Program-made: the position numbers and the translations under genes
The notes under the pieces: model-generated
What the model was told of the DNA's origin: nothing
What the model saw: only the letters and a program-made list of their open reading frames with translations
The model's database searches: none
DNA from: Promethearchaeota archaeon
GTDB taxonomy: Archaea > Asgardarchaeota > Lokiarchaeia > Sigyniarchaeales > SOKP01
NCBI GenBank assembly: GCA_030603385.1
Contig: JAUVXW010000015.1
Span: 16,704 to 80,703 of the forward strand
Direction of reading: 5' to 3'
Length of the DNA: 64,000 bases
Part shown: piece by piece, positions 59,226-64,000 of the stretch
Position numbering within the stretch: the stretch's first letter is position 1
Layout: every line of letters starts with the position of its first letter

Positions 59226-59951
59226 ATGATACAGGCAATTACTTTCGATCTTTGGAATACGTTAATTACTAATAAATCTCATTCAGAACAAAGGGTGCAA
59301 TTTTTTTTTCAATTTTTACAGGAAAGAGAGATTTTCATTCCGTTCGATGAATTAAAAAATGCCTATGATAAAAAGTTTCATTTTTCTGAAGTAACGTTTG
59401 AAGAAATTGAATTTCGCCATATTTATACGGTAGATAGAATTTTGAATGTGCTTAAAGAGATAAAAACAGAGATTTCTAAAGTAGATTTAGATCACCTTAG
59501 GCAAGAATTTGAATCTATGATCTTACAAGATCCTCCACAATTAAAAGAGGGTGTGAAAAAAACACTGGAAGAACTTGTTTCAAGCTACCAAATAGGCTTA
59601 ATTTCAAATACTGGCGTTACACCAGGCCGAATTTTAAGTGAAGTTTTAGATGGCCATGGTATACTTGATTTTTTCGATGTATCAGTCTTTTCAGATGAAT
59701 CTGGTTTTTTTAAACCACACCCAAAGATGTTTAAAATACCCTTGAAAAAATTAAAATGTAAAGCTCAAAATGCGATTCATGTTGGTGATATATTAGAAAC
59801 GGATATTAAGGGAGCAAATGATTATAATATGTTTTCTGTATGGGTTAACGACTCAAATAAACCAAAACCAATTAATATACAACCTGATTATGAGATACAA
59901 CAAATTTATGAAGTTGTTAAAATTGTAAGTAATCACAATGAAGAGAAATAA
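59226..59951 (+). CDS. HAD superfamily hydrolase
   Basis: FDLWNTL, ISNT, KPHP, HVGDILETDI.GA. Confidence 0.9.
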   Translation: MIQAITFDLWNTLITNKSHSEQRVQFFFQFLQEREIFIPFDELKNAYDKKFHFSEVTFEEIEFRHIYTVDRILNVLKEIKTEISKVDLDHLRQEFESMILQDPPQLKEGVKKTLEELVSSYQIGLISNTGVTPGRILSEVLDGHGILDFFDVSVFSDESGFFKPHPKMFKIPLKKLKCKAQNAIHVGDILETDIKGANDYNMFSVWVNDSNKPKPINIQPDYEIQQIYEVVKIVSNHNEEK

Positions 59952-60288
59952 ACCTTGTAGAGTTATTGCTGATTATGAATCCCCATTCTCTGATCCTTTG
60001 AAACTTCATAAAGGTGACATCGTACAAATTGAAGAAAAAGAGAGTGAATGGACAGGCTGGATTTGGTGTATAAGTAAAGAAGGAAAGCAAGGATGGACTC
60101 CATATAATTATCTTGAAATTCAGGGTAAAAATGCCAAATTACTTCAGGATTATGATGCAACCGAATTAACTGTTGCTGTCGGAGAAAAATTAATAATTGA
60201 AAAAGAAGAAAGTGGTTGGTTTTGGGCTTCTAATAAAGAAGGTAAAAAAGGATGGGTACCATTAAAGAATGTCAAATTATTAGAATAA
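59938..60288 (+). CDS. Tandem SH3 domain protein
   Basis: Two repeats of DY....L....G..V.I......W.W....G..GW.P; overlaps the HAD gene. Confidence 0.85.
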   Translation: MKRNKPCRVIADYESPFSDPLKLHKGDIVQIEEKESEWTGWIWCISKEGKQGWTPYNYLEIQGKNAKLLQDYDATELTVAVGEKLIIEKEESGWFWASNKEGKKGWVPLKNVKLLE

Positions 60289-60313
60289 AAGTAATCTTTT
60301 AAGAATAATTCCT

Positions 60314-60466
60314 TTAATCACACTTACTAACAGGTAAATTATTTTCATGTTTAGCCTGATTCTTCAGATCTTCACACACTTCCATTAAATGTTCAAATAA
60401 TAGATTTCGTGTCCATTTTGGTAGCTGAATATCTACTTTTCCAAGCTTCTCTGCTAACTTTTTCAT
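60314..60466 (-). other. Small ORF (50 aa), possible gene or remnant
   Basis: MKKLAEKLGKVDIQLPKWTRNLLFEHLMEVCEDLKNQ.. Confidence 0.3.
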
Positions 60467-60628
60467 CTAAAAAGCCAAATTATAACATGTTATTAGTTTT
60501 ACAAATAAAACTTTGTTAGTTAATCAAATAATTAACTGGTTCAAATAAAGCTTAATTAAAAAACAGATTGTGAGTCATGATGCGATGAAAAATTATAATA
60601 AAACAAAAGTTATAAGCAATCAAATAAT

Positions 60629-60871
60629 TTATAGAAATTTTGATTCTTTTACAGCCCTATGAATTCTTTTAAGAGCCTCCTCTTGAATTGATCGGGGACA
60701 TGCGATATTTATCCGTTGGACACCCTCACCACCTTTACCGAACATTGAGCCATCATCCAATGCCACTTTCGCTTTTTCATGTAAAAATTTTTCCATTTGA
60801 TCAGAAGCCACCCCTAATTTTCTAAAATCAAGCCAAACAAGATATATTCCTTCAGGTTCATTTAACTTAAG
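60629..60871 (-). pseudogene. C-terminal fragment of a PatB/MalY PLP-dependent C-S lyase
   Basis: PEGIYLVWLDFR..KAKVALDDGSMFG..GEGVQRINIACPRS; no room for the N-terminal three quarters. Confidence 0.8.
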
Positions 60872-60992
60872 GCTAACATAATTATATAAAAGGCAAAAAA
60901 TGGAAAAAAAAAAAATTTAATTTAACAAAAGGATTTAATAAATAAAGTTAGATTTATAATTTTAAATAGATATACCAATAAATTAAAAAAGT

Positions 60993-62879
60993 ATGAGATT
61001 TATGCTAAATGAATATTTTGGTAAAATATTATGGATTGATCTTTCAAATGGGTCTTTTAAAGAAGATGTTCTACCAGAAGAGATTTATCGCCAATATCTT
61101 GGAGGTTATGGATTAGCAGCCAAATTAATTTATGATAATTTGCCCGCAAAAGCAGATCCCTTAGGATCTGAAGCAATTCTAGGGTTTTTTCCAGGTTTAT
61201 TAACTGGTACAGTAGCTCCTCTTAGTGGACGATATATGATTGCAGGTAAATCACCTTTAACTGGGACGTGGGGTGATGCCAACAGTGGTGGTTTTTTCGG
61301 ACCAGAAATTAAAAAATGTGGGTACGATGGGATATTAATACAAGGGATTGCTGCAACTCCAAAATATATAACGATTATTGATGATGAGGTTAAAATTTTA
61401 GACGCTTCGGAGGTTTGGGGTCTGGATGCTGTTGAAACTGAAGATAAATTAAAAGAAAAACATGGTAAAGTTCAAGTAGCATGTATAGGTCAATCAAGTG
61501 AAAAGCTCTCATTAATATCGGGTATTGTTAACGATAAAGGAAGAATTGCAGCAAGATCAGGATTCGGAGCGGTTATGGGTTCTAAAAAATTGAAAGCTAT
61601 TGTGCTTAAAGGAAATAAGAAGATTCAACTTTCAAATAAAGATTTATTACTTAGCCATACAAAAGATTATAACAATAAAATAGCAGCAACATCAGGAGGT
61701 ATGGTTAGCATATTTAAAACGTATGGTACAACAGCAGGAAATGTCTTTTCAGGAAGTTCTGGAGATACACCGATCAAAAATTGGGCTGGGAATTTAAAAG
61801 ATGACTTTCCAACTGAAAGGTTAAATAAAATTTCAGCTGGGGAGATTGATAAATTTAAGGAAAAAGATTTTGGATGTTTTTCTTGCCCCGTTCGATGTGG
61901 TGCTATAATGAAAATCCCTGAATTGAATATTGAGGAGACTCATCGTCCAGAATATGAAACTTGCGCCGCGTTTGGACCTTTATTACTGAATGATGATCTC
62001 ATGTCAATTTTTACTTTGAATGAGATATGTAATCGAGCCGGTTTAGATACTATTTCAGCTGGGGGAACAGTAGCTTTTGCAATAGAATGTTTTGAGAATG
62101 GTTTAATAAATAAGGATGATACAGATGGTCTCGAATTAACCTGGGGAAATTCACAAGAAATAATTAAATTAGTAAATATGATAATAAATCGAGAAGGAAT
62201 TGGAGATATTTTGGCAGATGGGTGTAAGAGAGCTTCTGAAAAAATTGGGAAAGGAAGCGAAAAATACGCTATCACATCTTTGGGTCAAGAGCTTGGGATG
62301 CATGATTCCAAGTTCATGAGTTCTCTTGGTTTATCTTTTGCTTTTGACCCCACCCCTGGAAGACATACTACCTCGAGTATCGATATGGTAGCTATGGGGC
62401 CTCTTGCAAGAAATGATCTAATAGAAGGATTTATCCTTCCAAAGAATTTTAGAAAGATGGGTGATGAGCGATTTGAAGCTCACATGTTAGTTAATTCCCT
62501 CTCTCAATTTTCAAACAGTCTCGGATTATGCATGTTTTCATCAATGTTCTTGAAATATCCGTTGATAGAATTAATCAAGGCTGCAACAGGATGGGATATA
62601 TCAATTGAGGAGTTAATTAAAATTGGATTAAGAATACAAACACTACGCCAGGCTTTTACAATTCGAGAAGGAGTGATACTTGCAGAGAATGAGCTACCTG
62701 GAAGGGCAATCGGTGATCCTCCATTTGAAAGCGGACCTCATCAAGGTAAAACAATAGATTATAAAAGTGATTACCAGGGTTTCTGCGAAAAAATTGGCTG
62801 GAATCCTAAGAACGGCTATCCTTTAAAAGAAACGTTAATCGATTTAAACCTTGATTTCGTCATAAAAGATCTTTATTGA
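60993..62879 (+). CDS. Aldehyde:ferredoxin oxidoreductase family (W/Mo)
   Basis: YLGGYGL, KSPLTG, ARSGFGAVMGSKKLKA, CFSCPVRC, PEYET, GLDTIS, GLC. Confidence 0.93.
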   Translation: MRFMLNEYFGKILWIDLSNGSFKEDVLPEEIYRQYLGGYGLAAKLIYDNLPAKADPLGSEAILGFFPGLLTGTVAPLSGRYMIAGKSPLTGTWGDANSGGFFGPEIKKCGYDGILIQGIAATPKYITIIDDEVKILDASEVWGLDAVETEDKLKEKHGKVQVACIGQSSEKLSLISGIVNDKGRIAARSGFGAVMGSKKLKAIVLKGNKKIQLSNKDLLLSHTKDYNNKIAATSGGMVSIFKTYGTTAGNVFSGSSGDTPIKNWAGNLKDDFPTERLNKISAGEIDKFKEKDFGCFSCPVRCGAIMKIPELNIEETHRPEYETCAAFGPLLLNDDLMSIFTLNEICNRAGLDTISAGGTVAFAIECFENGLINKDDTDGLELTWGNSQEIIKLVNMIINREGIGDILADGCKRASEKIGKGSEKYAITSLGQELGMHDSKFMSSLGLSFAFDPTPGRHTTSSIDMVAMGPLARNDLIEGFILPKNFRKMGDERFEAHMLVNSLSQFSNSLGLCMFSSMFLKYPLIELIKAATGWDISIEELIKIGLRIQTLRQAFTIREGVILAENELPGRAIGDPPFESGPHQGKTIDYKSDYQGFCEKIGWNPKNGYPLKETLIDLNLDFVIKDLY

Positions 62880-63500
62880 TAAGAAAATTAAAAAAAAAGG
62901 TAAATTTCTTTTTTATTTTTACTTTATTATTTTAATCGTTGCATTAAGATGAAAAGAAATAAGAAATCCTTATTTCTTCGGCATTTGAAGACCAATATTA
63001 ACAAAATCAACATAAAAAATTAAATAGAAATAGTTTAAATTTCAAATTCTAAAATTTTTATGCTTCAGTAAGAAGACTTGTGTAAAAATAGAAAAATAAA
63101 AAATTAAAAAAAAAATTATCTAATAAAATTTTGAATAATTGGATTGTATCCAACAACTACCTTACTTATCTTTTTTTCTTTTTTCTTCATTTTTTCAACC
63201 TTTTTTTGTTTTTTTCTTGTTATTTTAATTTAGATTGTATGCTATATTTAGTTTTATGCTATGAACTTCATGCGAAGTTCGAATCATATGGAAAGTAATA
63301 TAAGGAAGTGAAAACTAAGCGAGAGCTTTAGACTATATCAAATTCATCATCATCATAGAAATCAAAATTATTGAGATAATTGTCATTTACATGGATATCT
63401 TTTACGGTAAATATTTTTTTATTAATCGATTCATTTTTTAACACTGTTTGAACTCTACTATCTCTCTCACAATATGAAAGAAAAAATAAAACTGGTTGAA

Positions 63501-64000
63501 TTAATATTTAGTTTTCTTGACATATCCAACAAAAATAACCAAACATATTATTATGTCTAAAATTTCAGTTATAGCGACAAATAATGCATTTTCTCCGATA
63601 GTATTCTGAAATAAAACTCTTAATATATTAGATATTAGGTATCCTGTAAATCCTATTGCAACGATTAGTGGTTGTATTTGAGATAATCTTTTGTTGCGAT
63701 ATGAAAAGTAGAACATCCAAGTGGTAACTAACAATGATAAAATAATAAAAATAGCCAAATTTATCCCTGAAATAGTTGTATTAGGAGTAACAATTATTAA
63801 AATCGCTTCTACTACTGCGATTATGGTTAAAATCTTTAGTGAAAACGCGTTTCTTTCTTGAGGGTCATTGTACTTCTTGATCTTTCCATTTGCTTGAAGA
63901 AAGATAATTATCATCATGATACTTAAGAATATCATAGGAGCTAATGTAGCGATTATTACAAGTTGCCGAATTTTTAGATATAACAGAAACACATCCTGAG
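63501..64000 (-). CDS. Multi-pass membrane protein, partial (runs off the right edge)
   Basis: Several hydrophobic helices; frame is open to the window end. Confidence 0.7.
   Translation of the reverse strand, partial: QDVFLLYLKIRQLVIIATLAPMIFLSIMMIIIFLQANGKIKKYNDPQERNAFSLKILTIIAVVEAILIIVTPNTTISGINLAIFIILSLLVTTWMFYFSYRNKRLSQIQPLIVAIGFTGYLISNILRVLFQNTIGENALFVAITEILDIIICLVIFVGYVKKTKY

Noticed and set aside
3576-62275. Many short antisense or alternate-frame ORFs (e.g. 3576, 6873, 17685, 24939, 35622, 36216, 45497, 50784, 61940)
   Set aside because: They lie within well-supported genes and have no motifs or SD sites
63260-63290. Hairpin GAACTTC-ATGC-GAAGTTC preceded by ATGA as a possible SECIS element or ncRNA
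   Set aside because: The stem is too short for a SECIS and no in-frame TGA selenoprotein candidate was seen nearby; the AOR and thioredoxin use Cys
62880-63500. Long A/T-tract intergenic region as an origin or hidden gene
   Set aside because: No ORB-like repeats and no adjacent cdc6; only short broken frames; consistent with convergent terminators

Overview
AT-rich archaeal DNA, most likely from an Asgard archaeon of the Lokiarchaeia type. This is inferred from the small GTPases, roadblock and longin/uDENN-like proteins, GGTGA/GGAGG Shine-Dalgarno sites and the archaeal lipid pathway. Main blocks: (1) a partial secreted DUF2341/LamG protein and a longin-GTPase-roadblock-GTPase fusion (1-5.3 kb); (2) an orphan DNA methyltransferase and hydrolases (6-14 kb); (3) an essentially complete archaeal (Aeropyrum-type) mevalonate/isoprenoid cluster, whose HMG-CoA synthase carries a DUF35-like C-terminal fusion (13.9-26.5 kb); (4) a GCS2 ligase, HEPN-MNT pair, amidohydrolase, beta-helix surface protein and roadblock gene (26.6-37.8 kb); (5) three membrane-anchored surface proteins sharing a conserved KYPPxVRK cytoplasmic tail, followed by a uDENN/longin-like-wHTH gene and a TrmB-coiled-coil gene (38-48.2 kb); (6) a decaying accessory/defence island with two ABC-type ATPase/effector pairs, a HEPN RNase, small DNA-binding genes, operator-like palindromes and gene fragments (48.8-57.7 kb); (7) thioredoxin plus a Cys-tailed HTH regulator, HAD, tandem SH3 protein and AOR. 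Several genes appear to start at ATT. No rRNA, tRNA, CRISPR array or integrase was recognised. All family assignments come from reading motifs by eye, not from database searches.
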